A program made the position numbers and the translations under genes. The notes beneath the pieces were generated by a model, which did not search any database, was not told where the DNA came from, and saw only the letters and a list, made by a program, of their open reading frames with translations. Positions 27,588-40,991 of a DNA stretch of 64,000 bases are shown here, piece by piece. Location: contig OZ024750.1 of NCBI GenBank assembly GCA_964016885.1, forward strand, positions 4,588,001 through 4,652,000. Reading direction: 5' to 3'. Source of the stretch: Eledone cirrhosa (Eukaryota). Each line of letters opens with the position of its first letter. The first letter of the stretch is position 1.

Positions 27588-28060
27588 GAAACCACATTAG
27601 TAACATATTCTAATGATAAAAATACAAAACAACACTATGACTGAATCACATTAGATATTGAATTCTTCACTTTTGTTTACTGAAAGATTTTCACAACGAT
27701 ATGTCCACCAATAAAGATACTATAAATATTTGGATTAACAAGCCACATGACATTCTTGTAAAGTACAAAGCATCACTATGACTGCATCACATTAGATATT
27801 AAAGTCGTTACATTATGCAGAACATTTTCACAACAATATCTTCATCACTAAAGATATTGTATATATTTGGATTAAGAAGCCACATGAAACCACATTAACA
27901 AGACATTCTTGTAAAGTACAAAACATAATGCATCACATTAAATATCAAAGCCTTTACTTTAATGTAGCAAATTTTCACAATGATCTGTTCAGTTGTAAAA
28001 ATACTATAAACATCTGAATTAACCAGCCTGTTTTTAGATATTTTCTGTTAAATCATCACA
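27588..28060. repeat. Unclassified dispersed repeat family E, about 3 diverged tandem units
   Basis: gaaaccacatta...acattcttgtaaagtacaaa...catcacattagatatt...ttttcacaa..gatat recurs; also at 20610-20950 and 21985-22175. Confidence 0.65.
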
Positions 28061-28160
28061 GGATGTTTAATAGTTAACATAGAAACATATTTAAACTTGT
28101 TACATTTAAGGCTTATTTAGAATAAGTAAAAAGAATAAGAAATTGGGTTATGAGACTAAC

Positions 28161-28282
28161 CTAGAGAGATGTTGTATAACTGAAGGCATTCCAAAAGGTT
28201 CCTCCACAGAAACAAACAGCAAGCAATAATGTGGACCACACATTCATGGGTTCTAGTCACACAGCAATAGATCACAGCACAG
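28161..28282 (-). other. Candidate exon of an unknown minus-strand transcript
   Basis: Acceptor tttctttgtttttattttctag and donor AG/gttagt around 122 nt of unique sequence; no protein family recognised. Confidence 0.35.
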
Positions 28283-28458
28283 CTAGAAAATAAAAACAAA
28301 GAAACATATAGATATATATATATATATAGATAGATAGATATTTTCAAAATGGCTGTCTAACAACAACAGATGCATTCTTTACTATCTATCATTCTATCAT
28401 TTTCTTTGTTTTCTTTTTAACTCTTATCTGTCTTCCTTTTTCTTCTTCCCTCTTTCTA

Positions 28459-28531
28459 TCTTCCAATGAAGGATTAGCATCCAAAACATTAAACTTTTTA
28501 CCAACTATATCAAGCATTAAACTAATATACC
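28459..28531 (+). mobile_element. Decayed copy of the hammerhead-bearing repeat at 46608
   Basis: ccaatgaaggattagcatccaaaacattaaac...ctatatcaagcattaaactaatatac aligns to 46612-46680. Confidence 0.65.
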
Positions 28532-28662
28532 ATCATTGCATTGTATTGTTTTTCCTTGCTGAATTTTCTTTTTCTTTTATATATATATATACAGGCATAC
28601 ATAAGTGTACATGTATACAATTATATTTTACATATACATATATATGCACACACACATATATA

Positions 28663-28726
<64 letters not shown>

Positions 28727-28951
28727 AAGGGAATAAAATGAATTCAGAAAATTTCATTCAAATTTTCAACTTCAGTATCAAGAAAAATAGAAATGTGTGT
28801 GTGTGTGTGTTTCTACACACACGTGTGTGTATATATATATTCAATTATATAATTATTATATAAAGATATATGTGTGTGTGTGTGTGTCAGTGCATAATCA
28901 TCATCATTTACTGTCCCTTCTTCCTGCTAGCAAAGGTTGCACAAAGGTTGC

Positions 28952-28988
<37 letters not shown>

Positions 28989-29364
28989 AACACACATAGA
29001 TACACACACAAATACACATAGATACACACACAAACACACACATACATATATGCATGCAGTTTTCAATGTGAATTTCCTCAAAAAACAAAAAACAAAAACA
29101 CATTTGCAAAAAGAAAAAGAAGCAAAAACAACAACAAAACAAACAAGATGGAAGATGAAAAGTAAAAAGACAGAAAAATATGTTAAAAAACAAGGAAAAA
29201 TAAGATAAAATAAGATAAAAAAGATATATTTATGAAGGAATATTGTGAAGACATGATACAGCGTTGATTGGAAGACTCATTTACAATAATGTGAAGAACT
29301 AAAGCTTAGAAATCTCATTTATTCATTTATTTAGTTATAACAACATTTTTATTATCATTAATTT

Positions 29365-30282
29365 TTCCTTTCATCCTTACGGGGTCGATAAAATAAAGTA
29401 CCAGTAATACACTGGGGTAATTGCTGGCCTTGTGCCAAAAGTAGAAACAATTATTTATGGTGGGCTGGTAATATCAGTAGAGAGTCGGACATCATGTTTT
29501 ACAGTATAGAGTTATGACCCTTTACGCTCTGAGTTCAAATCCCGCCGAGTTTAACTTTGCCTTTCATCTTTACGGGGTCGATAAAATAAAGTACCAGTTA
29601 CGCACTGGGGTCGATTTAATCGACTTGCCCCTCCCCCAAAATCCTGGCCTTGTGCCTACATAAGAAACCATTATTTATGATTTATAAGGGCGGTGGGCTG
29701 GCAGTATCAGTAGTAGGTCGGACACCATGCTTTGCAGTAGAGTTATGGCCCTTTACGGTCTGAGTTCAAATCCCGCCGAGGTCGATAAAATAAAGTACCA
29801 GTCACGCACTGAGATAATTGCTGGCCTTGTGCCAAAAGTAGAAACAATTATTTATGATTTATCCTCTCATTATTATTTGGATTGGCAGTAGAATCAGTAG
29901 AGTGTCGTACACCATGCTTTGAAGTATAGAATAACGGCCCTTTACGTCCTGGGTTCAAATCCTGACTTTCTTTCTTACGGGGTCGATAAAATAAAGTACT
30001 AGTAATGCACTGGGATCAATTTGGTTGACTTTCCCCTTTCCCAAAATTCCTGGCCAAGGTCGGTGGATTGGCAGTAATTGGTAGAGCGTCAGACATTATG
30101 CTTTATGGCATAGAGTTACGGCCCTTTATGTTCTGAGTTCAAATCCTGCAGAGATTAGCTTTGCCTTTCATCCTCGATGGGTCGATAAAATAAAGTACCA
30201 GTAATGCACTGGATTCGATTTAATTGACTTTCCCCTCCCCAAAAATTGTTGGTCTTGTGTCTAAATCAGAAACCCTTATTAT
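29365..30282 (+). mobile_element. Head-to-tail cluster of about five SINE family B copies
   Basis: Repeated head (ggtgggctggcagtatcagtag), gttcaaatcc B-box and gtcgataaaataaagtacca core. Confidence 0.85.
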
Positions 30283-31159
30283 TGTTCTTGTTTGTCTTCT
30301 AATAATCTAAAAACCTTCGTTAAGTAATGTTCCAAAAACCAACTAAATAACGAGAAAGTTTGTTATGTAATTAAACCCTTAAAAATTCTTGAATATTTTG
30401 AAAATGATCGGAAAATCTAAAAGTGTCTTTCATTAGAAATATGTTAATGAAGGGGTTTAAAGGGCATGTCGGGGGGGGGGAACCTTTGTTGCATAATTTC
30501 TCTTGTCACAACCTCAATCTTTACCACTACCTCACCCACACTACTGATGCTACCATCATTAATACCACCACCCACACCACTGTCGCTACCACCAATACCA
30601 CTACTGTCACTATCACTAATACCACTACCACCACCACCACTGTCGCTACCACCATTAATTCCACCACCACCACAACCACCACTACCACCACTTCTACCAC
30701 CACCACCATCACAGCACAGCTAACACCAACACCACCACTAATACCACCACCAACCCCATCACAGCACAGCTAGCACCACCACCACCACCACCACCACTAA
30801 CAATATAACCACCACCACAGTACAGCTAACACCCCACTCTTTGCTAATTTGGTTTCTTTTGATCTTGTAAACAAGATGTGTTCCACCCATGACACCCGTG
30901 ACATGATAGTGGTGGTGGTGGTGGTGGTGGTGGTGGTGGTGGTGGTGGTGGTGGTGGTAGTGGTGGTGGATGTAGATTGTGGTGGTAGCTGTTGGTGTTT
31001 GGTGGTGGTGGCTCTGGTGGTAGTAGTTGATGATTGTGGTGATGTTTGGTGCTGGTAGTAGTGGTGGTTGTTATTGGTGTTAGTGTAGTGGAGTTTATAT
31101 AAGAATCTATGTTAAGTTATGTTCCAAACACCAACTTAATTGTTTTTAACAGAAGCATA

Positions 31160-31432
31160 ATATGGAAATGAAAGGGTTAATATGTACTTTTGTCAGAAAT
31201 AGGGTAATGAAAGGGTTAAAGTGTCAGGGTAATGAAAGGGTTACAGTGTCTTTTGTCAGAAATATGGCAATGAAAGGGTTAAAATGTCTTTTGTCAGATA
31301 TATGGTAATAAAGGGGTTAAATGTCTTTTGTCAGAAATATGGTAATGAAGGGTTAAAATGTCTCTTGTTAGAAATATGGTAATGAAAGGGTTAAAGTGTC
31401 TCTAGTTAGAAATATGGTAATGAAGGGGTTAA
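31160..31432. repeat. Tandem repeat of family F terminus, gtcttttgtcagaaatatggtaatgaaagggttaa (~37-40 bp, 7-8 copies)
   Basis: Direct reading; each unit ends in GGG+TTAA. Confidence 0.85.
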
Positions 31433-31869
31433 CATAAAATATAGAGAGAAATCACAGCAAAATTTTATAAATTTTCCTTCTTTCTTTTTTTTTTTTGTCT
31501 ATACTAAAATTTGTGAATAATGTCTCGGTTATGTATGAAGGTTTGTAAAAGTGCAATAAGGTCACACTATATACACTGTTGTGAGTCATTAAAATACATT
31601 AGCGGAAGAGACAGACAAGATCATTTGACAAGATTTAACATCAACAAATTAAAGGATTCTCACTTTATAGCTAACATATAATATAACAAATTGACAGAAA
31701 AAAAAAAAAAAGATGGGAAGATGGGGGGGGGGGGGAGGAATTAACCTTTCTCTGATCATATTTCTAATGATATAAACTCATATTTCAATTTAATTGCTAA
31801 AAAGATTTTGCAGAATTTAGTAGAATTATTAATTATTTCAATACTAAGATAGTAATTTAACATATGGTT

Positions 31870-31923
<54 letters not shown>

Positions 31924-32008
31924 AGTACAAATTTGGTATCCAAGGGTTTAGAGCACTCAGTCAGTGGAACATGTTATATATAATTAGTTACACATGTAAC
32001 TAATTATT

Positions 32009-32047
<39 letters not shown>

Positions 32048-32111
32048 ATATATTTAGGCAGAATGTATATATTAAGAAAAATGAGAAAGCTTCATGTAAA
32101 CGAAACTTCAT

Positions 32112-32890
32112 TTTTCTTAGTATATATATATATGTATATATACAGTGACTTCCATCTTGTCTTTCTATAATATATATATGTATATATACAGTGACTTCCA
32201 TCTTGTCTATATATAATATATATATGTATATATACAGTGACTTCCATCTTGTCTCTATATATATATATATGTATATATACAGTGACTTCCATCTTGTCTA
32301 TATATAATATATATATGTATATATACAGTGACTTCCATCTTGTCTCTATATATATATATATGTATATATACAGTGACTTCCATCTTGTCTATATATAATA
32401 TATATATGTATATATACAGTGACTTCCATCTTGTCTATATATAATATATATATGTATATATACAGTGACTTCCATCTTGTCTATATATAATATATATATG
32501 TATATATACAGTGACTTCCATCTTGTCTCTATATATATATATATGTATATATACAGTGACTTCCATCTTGTCTCTCTATAATATATATATGTATATATAC
32601 AGTGACTTCCATCTTGTCTCTCTATATATATATATGTATATATACAGTGACTTCCATCTTGTCTCTATATATATATATATGTATATATACAGTGACTTCC
32701 ATCTTGTCTCTCTATAATATATATATGTATATATACAGTGACTTCCATCTTGTCTCTCTATAATATATATATGTATAAATACAGTGACTTCCATCTTGTC
32801 TATATATAATATATATATGTATATATACAGTGACTTCCATCTTGTCTATATATATATATGTATATATACAGTGACTTCCATCTTGTCTAT
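32112..32890. repeat. ~40-bp minisatellite (ta)n-tgtatatatacagtgacttccatcttgtct, about 18-19 units
   Basis: Invariant core with variable TA spacer. Confidence 0.95.
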
Positions 32891-33178
32891 AATTTGCTCA
32901 ACAAATTCATTTGGAGCACAAGGTTCTCAAATAAAATTGGAAGATTTTAATCTCAACAGGCATTTTTTTAAATGGGTGGTTTTGATCTATAGAACCACTA
33001 GAGCCAGTTTTTGATGGATTGGTAATTGAAGGGTTAACAGTTTGTTAGCTTTGTTGTTTTTTTTGTTTTTTGTTTTACTGATAGTTAAATCTGTACAACA
33101 AGTGGCTACTAAAGGTACCAATTTACAGTTAGATAGACTGAACAAGCAATAAACACTGTATAGTGACAATGTTTTATG

Positions 33179-33435
33179 CAGTGCCGGACTTAGGACAAAT
33201 GAGGCCCTGTGCTAGTTAAGTTATAAGGCTTAAGCAGGGGGTGGGGGGTGGATTGGACAGGGGAACCCCATCTTCCTGAAAAAAAAAAAAAATTACCTCC
33301 TTTAGAGGCCTCATAACTTAACTAGGAAGTAAAAGAATTTGGTGGTGGGCAGGAAGATGCCCTGCCCCTCCCCAGCCAACGGGGGGGGGACCCTGTACTT
33401 AAGCACATCTCAGCACAATAGTAAATCCAGGGCTG
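33179..33435. mobile_element. hAT-superfamily MITE, 257 bp
   Basis: Imperfect 14-bp TIRs CAGTGCCGGACTTA / TAAATCCAGGGCTG and exact 8-bp TSD GTTTTATG (33171-33178, 33436-33443). Confidence 0.8.
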
Positions 33436-33819
33436 GTTTTATGAGAATCCATTAACCCTTTCTATAGCAGTCTGACACCCTCATAAAAATCATGTCTGAA
33501 ACCAGGAAAAGAATAAAATAGTATTTTTGGTATTGTTTTTTTTTTAATGGTCGGATGAAAGTGCTGAGTGGTAGTTTGTAGAGTATTCTAAGCTATTTGT
33601 AGCTTTATTAACAATATTCCGGAATGTTGTATTAAAGAAGCAGCAGGGAGGAGTGTGTGTATAGTTTAGGTATAGGAAACATGTGGGTAGTGGTGGGGGT
33701 GGAGAGAAAGGGCGAAGGGGGTAGGTAGTTGGGGGGGGGGGGGGGGTAGTGGTGCTGGTCCAGGAGGTGGAGAGGTACTAAGTGGTTTCCAACTGGGTCT
33801 GTGACACAATAAAACATGT

Positions 33820-34985
33820 TACTACTTACTACTACTACCACCACCACTGCTACTACTACCGCTACCACTACCACCAATACTATCACCACCACTGCTACTA
33901 CCGCTACCACTACCACTACCACCAATACTATCACCACCACTACTACTACTACCGCTACCACTACCACCAATACTATCACCACCACTGCTACTACTACCGC
34001 TACCACTACCACCACTACTACTACTACCGCTACCACTACCACCAATACTATCACCACCACTGCTACTACTACCGCTACCACTACCACCAATACTATCACC
34101 ACCACTACTACTACTACCGCTACCACTACCACCAATACTATCACCACCACTACTACTACTACCACCACCACTACCACCAATACTATCACCACCACTACTA
34201 CTACTACCGCTACCACTACCACCAATACTATCACCACCACTACTACTACTACTACCGCTACCACTACCACCAATACTATCACCACCACTGCTACTACTAC
34301 TACCGCTACCACTACCACCAATACTATCACCACCACTACCGCTACCACTACCACCAATACTATCACCACCACTACTACTACTACCGCTACCACTACCACC
34401 AATACTATCACCACCACTGCTACTACTACTACCGCTACCACTACCACCAATACTATCACCACCACTGCTACTACTACCGCTACCACTACCACCAATACTA
34501 TCACCACCACCACTACTACTACCGCTACCACTACCACCAATACTATCACCACCACTACTACTACTACCGCTACCACTACCACCAATACTATCACCACCAC
34601 TGCTACTACTACTACCGCTACCACTACCACCAATACTATCACCACCACTGCTACTACTACCGCTACCACTACCACCAATACTATCACCACCACTGCTACT
34701 ACTACCGCTACCACTACCACCAATACTATCACCACCACTACTACTACTACCGCTACCACTACCACCAATACTATCACCACCACTGCTACTACTACCGCTA
34801 CCACTACCACCAATACTATCACCACCACTACTACTACTACCGCTACCACTACCACCAATACTATCACCACCACTACTACTACTACCGCTACCACTACCAC
34901 CAATACTATCACCACCACTACTACTACTACTACTACCACTACCACCAATACTATCACCACCACTACTACTTACTACTACCACCAC
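33820..34985. repeat. ~45-bp trinucleotide-derived minisatellite
   Basis: Unit ccaccaatactatcaccaccact(a/g)ctactactaccgctaccacta; indels come in multiples of 3. Confidence 0.95.
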
Positions 34986-35041
34986 CCTGGTATTAATTGG
35001 TTGGGTTTCTGACATGGAGCTGGTGAGAAGGGGGGAGGATA

Positions 35042-35105
<64 letters not shown>

Positions 35106-35168
35106 GTACTTTCATGTTTTTAGTTTTCCGTGATTTTTCTGAATTGTTTAACTATGTTCCATATTTAA

Positions 35169-35375
35169 CCCTTTAGCATTTAAACCGGCCATATCCGGCC
35201 AGAATTCTCTCACCTCTTTCTGTTCAAACTGGCCGTAACTAGCTACTCATACTGATGTTAAGGTATTGTTCTCAAAATAAATATCATCAAAATCTCATAG
35301 ATTCAATATTATGTGAGATAAATCCTTTACTGTGAAATACAATAGTATATATAGAGTAATGTGAATGGTAAAGGG
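35169..35375 (-). mobile_element. piggyBac-like MITE family A, full length
   Basis: TTAA|CCCTTTAGCATTTAAACCGG ... AATGGTAAAGGG|TTAA. Confidence 0.8.
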
Positions 35376-35401
35376 TTAACATGTAGACTACATTTTGATA
35401 T

Positions 35402-35447
<46 letters not shown>

Positions 35448-35591
35448 GCAGAGGCTATATTTAATTTGTTGGGATTCAACAAGCTTAAAAATTTTATAAC
35501 TGATATAAAGCACTCACTATCCAGGAAGCTCCAACCGTTAAGGTTGTCTTTTTTTCCGGGTATGTCAATATTTATTTATAAACCAAATCTG

Positions 35592-35657
35592 TATTTTATC
35601 TGATGAAAGCGCACCATAATTTGCCTTGGTTGCCCTTGAAATATGTATAATAAAATA
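35592..35657 (+). ncRNA. Type I hammerhead ribozyme motif, same architecture as 24047
   Basis: Stem I tattttat/ataaaata, CTGATGA (35600), stem II aagcgcacca/tggttgccctt, GAAA (35638), stem III ATATGTAT, AUA triplet. Confidence 0.72.
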
Positions 35658-35695
35658 AATATGGTTTTATAAATATAGTTTCCATTTATTAATAT

Positions 35696-35731
<36 letters not shown>

Positions 35732-36185
35732 TTCCTCCCGTTTGACCTGCGTGAAATTCTTTCCCCTCTCACTTTTCGCGTGGTTCGGACGCGTCTGTTT
35801 CTTCTTGTCATTTGATTTGTCGGACTTAAGCCCACAAGATTCATTGACTTGTCTCCCTTTTCCTCTCTTTACGTTGCGTTACCACCATGTTGTTTGTTTA
35901 CTTTCCTCTGTCCCGATAACTTAATTTAGTTATCGCTCGCACTGATTTTAAGCATCTAGTCTTTCATGCGAAGAAATACCAATGATAATCAGCAGACTAC
36001 TGATGATGGACATTCCTGTTTCTCGGTCTATTTTCATTCATATGTTCATATTCGCAACAACGGAGCACGCCATTTTTCGCCTTTCATCCTTACGGGGTCG
36101 ATAAAATAAAGTACCAGTAATGTACTAGGTAATTGCTTGCCTTGTGCCAAAAGTAGAAACAATTATATATATATATATATATATA

Positions 36186-36570
36186 TCATCATCATCATCA
36201 TCATCATTTTACGTCCGCTTTTCCCTGCAAGGGTGGGACGGGTCTTATTCAGCACAGCATCTCTCCACTCGTCACGGTCCCTCGTCATCTCCACCGTGAG
36301 CTTCAATGATCTGAGGTCTGTTCTCACCACCTCCGCCCATGTTTTTCGTGGTCTACCTCTACCACGTCTTCCTTCAACTGGCATTTCCTGGCACTTCTTC
36401 ACCCATCGGTCATCCTCCATGCGCATCACATGTCCATACCACCTCAGTCTCCTCTCCCGTACACTACATTCTATCCCTCTCAGACACAGTTTCTCTCTCA
36501 ACACATTTATGCTGGGTCGTTCACGCACATTTACACTGCACATCCAACGGAGCATGCTTGCCTCATTTCT
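36186..36570 (-). mobile_element. 5'-truncated RTE-clade LINE (ORF2 C-terminus plus (GAT)n tail)
   Basis: Open frame RNEASMLRWMC...RERRLRWYGHVMRM...GRRGRGRPRKTW...DRDEWR, typical of RTE/BovB-like ORF2 ends; flanked by (TA)n. Confidence 0.9.
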
Positions 36571-36884
36571 ATATATATATATATTAGAAAGAGTCAAAGC
36601 CCTATGACTGAGCTCTTGCTGTTAAAGGGGGGTGAAGTAGCAAAGTTGTTAGAACATTGGTCAATCTACTTTACTCCATTTGTCCAAACTCTCTGCACTT
36701 CAAGTTAGTTAGTTCAATGTCTGAACCAGTCAAGGTACCAGTCCAATACTGAGGGTCAATTCTTTTTTTAACTCTCTCCCCACAACTTTCATCCCGAAAG
36801 AAAAAAAGGCTCCACTACATTCATGTGTCGAAGATGGTGCTCCTATGACTCCAGACTCCACGAGGATGGATGTGTGGAGAGAGA

Positions 36885-38250
<1,366 letters not shown>

Positions 38251-38696
38251 GGTGTTAGTGGCAGGGTGATAGTGGGGGTTGATATTGTCCCACAGCCCCT
38301 GATATCAAACAGGGGAACAAGTGACAAAGACATTGAGATATAAGGGGGAGTGAGAGAGGAATTTGTGAAGGAAGCAGGATTTATTTTGATGTTTGTTTGG
38401 GAGGGAGGTGAGGGGGGTATTTACTGTTAAAGAGCCCCCCCCCCCCGGGGGACAGGTGGTGACGATGGAGGGGGGTGTTTAGAATAGAACCTGCAACTTT
38501 TAGCATCTCCTACTCCTTTTCATCAGCCAACCTTACTAAAAATTGCAGGATGTGTGTAATATCAGCTGATAGTAATGATGAATAATTGATAATAATAATA
38601 ATAATAATGTTCAGGGAGAGGGGGAGGGGGCGTCGTTGGTGGTGGTGGTGGTGGTGGAGGGAGTTTCTACTTTGTCATTCATGTCTGTCAAATCAA

Positions 38697-38970
38697 CTTT
38701 ATAATTTAGACACAAGCCCAGCAATTTTGAAGAGAGAGAGAGAGAGAGAGAGAGAATGAGAAAGTTGATGATATCAACCCAAGTATATGACTGGTACTTT
38801 ATATTATTACACACACACACACACACACACACCCCACACACACACCTGAAAGAAGGATGAAAGGCAAAACTGATCTCTGCAAGATTTGAATTCAGAGCCT
38901 AAAGGTGCCGTCACTAAATGCTGCAAAGCATTTGGCTCAACATTCTAATGATTCTGCAAATCCATTGCCA
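38697..38970 (-). mobile_element. Degenerate SINE family B with internal GA and CA expansions
   Basis: ctggtactttat...ggatgaaaggcaaa...gatttgaattcaga...gattctgc. Confidence 0.65.
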
Positions 38971-39804
38971 TAATAATAATAATAATAATAATAATGAAAT
39001 AATAATGAAATAATAATGTCAATAAAATAAAGTACCAATCAAGTACTTTCTCCAAACATTGTTTCCTTGGTAGGATTTGACGAGTTCCATCCCATTCATT
39101 AAGTGAATGAGATCTGGGATCTTGTTGATAGATGATATATATGATATATAAATGATATTAGTTTGACATTCAAGAAACTAGCAGTTTCATAGTCTTTGTT
39201 GACAAAAGCACGTATTCTCCACTTTCAGAAATTGTATGTATGCTTTGTTATTATTAATCTTTAGTCTTGAATAAATCCATAAATATTCAGAGCAGTTGTT
39301 ACTTCCAGTGGATATATATTGTGAAATTATAACAAAGCTTGGTGAAGCCAAGCTTTGTTATAATTTTGGTGATGGTGGTGGTAATAGTAGTGAGAGTGTA
39401 GCAGTAGTGGTGGTGTTAGGATGGTAGTGATTTATATTGGTGGGGTGGTATAGTGGTAGTAGTGATGGTGGTGTGGTGATGGTTGTGGAAGGTGGGGTGT
39501 ATTGTTGGTAGTGATAGTAGTAGTGAGGGGTGTGTGTGTTATTATTTAGTAGCGGTGGTGGTGGTGGTGGTGGTGGTGGTGGTGGTGGTAGTAGTAGATT
39601 AAAGGGAAAGAAATGCAGCAATTAGCATGAAAAATTAATCTTGGCAGTAATATTTTCATGATAATTGCTTTTCTAAGTCTCTTTATTTGAAATTATTCAG
39701 TCAGAAATAAAACAACTTGAAATTGAAGAATCCAAGAGTCAGCTCTCCAGGAATCTATCACAAGACAATGGAAAAGAAATACTACAGAAAAACACAGCAT
39801 TCCA

Positions 39805-40280
39805 TATAAATAGAACTATATAGAAAGAGACACTTCTTTAAAGATAGAACTATATATAGAGATATACACACTTCATATAGATCAAACTATATATAGAGAT
39901 ACACTTCTATAAAGATAGAATTATATAGAGAGAACTTACATATTGATAGAACTGTATAGATAGAAACATATATATAGAGATATATACACTCCATATAGGT
40001 AGAACTATATAGATATACACACTCCATATAGATAGAACTATATAGAGATATACTTGTATATAGATAGAACTATATATATAGAGAGATACTTCTATATAGA
40101 TAGAATTATATATAGAGAACTTCCATATAGATATAACTGTATAGAGAACTATACACTTCTGAATAGATAGAACTATATAGAGAGGTATAAACGTTTCCTA
40201 TAGCTATAACTATATAGATTATACACTTCTATAAAGATAGAACTATTGGGACATACTTCTATATAAATAGAACTATAGAG
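39805..40280. repeat. Degenerate tandem repeat gatagaactatatagaga...acacttctata
   Basis: About 30-bp diverged units. Confidence 0.75.
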
Positions 40281-40991
40281 ACACAGATAGTATTGTTTGA
40301 TTTAAAGGATATTTGACTGCTATTTCTAGTATGTCGTGTAACTACATGGAGATTCCCTTAAACAACAAAAGCAACCACATATAAATAGTTATAGAACCAT
40401 ACAGATGATGATGGTGGTTGTTGTTGTTGTTGTTATCGTCCTAACAGATCTGATCCACCCCTTCTCTACCCAAGTCTTCTCCTCTCAGTCAATCTACACA
40501 CACAAACTCTATTCATATTTAAAAACCAACTCTTTCATATCTTTAAAAAACATAATAGTAGTAGTAATAATAGTAATAATAATAAATTATTGATTCACTA
40601 GCACAGCTCAGATAGTACAATCTTCAAACAGAAGACCCACTTAATACAATAAGCACCTAATAACATAAAAACAACACAACACACACACTGTATACTCTAC
40701 AAGATTAATACCTAATAAAATAACACAACTTGCATCACACACCACATACAGAACACATAACACACACCACATACAGAATACATATAACACACACTACACA
40801 CACATACACCACATATACAACAGAACAAACACTAAAATAACACAACTTACATTACACACAACGCATACATACCATATACACACCGCACACAAACTACTTA
40901 CACACACCCACAGACTACACACACACACAACTTACATCACATACACACAACACACACAACAGAACAACTGTTAAAATAACACATAAAACAA

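Noticed and set aside
32112-32890. Constant core with variable spacers (CRISPR-like)
   Set aside because: The spacers are only (TA)n length variants.
35995-36040. CTGATGA at 36000 as a further hammerhead
   Set aside because: No downstream GAAA with closing stems.
39700-39823. Protein-like frame SEIKQLEIEESKSQLSRNLSQDNGKEILQK
   Set aside because: Weak acceptor, no donor, runs into a tandem repeat and shows no recognisable homology.
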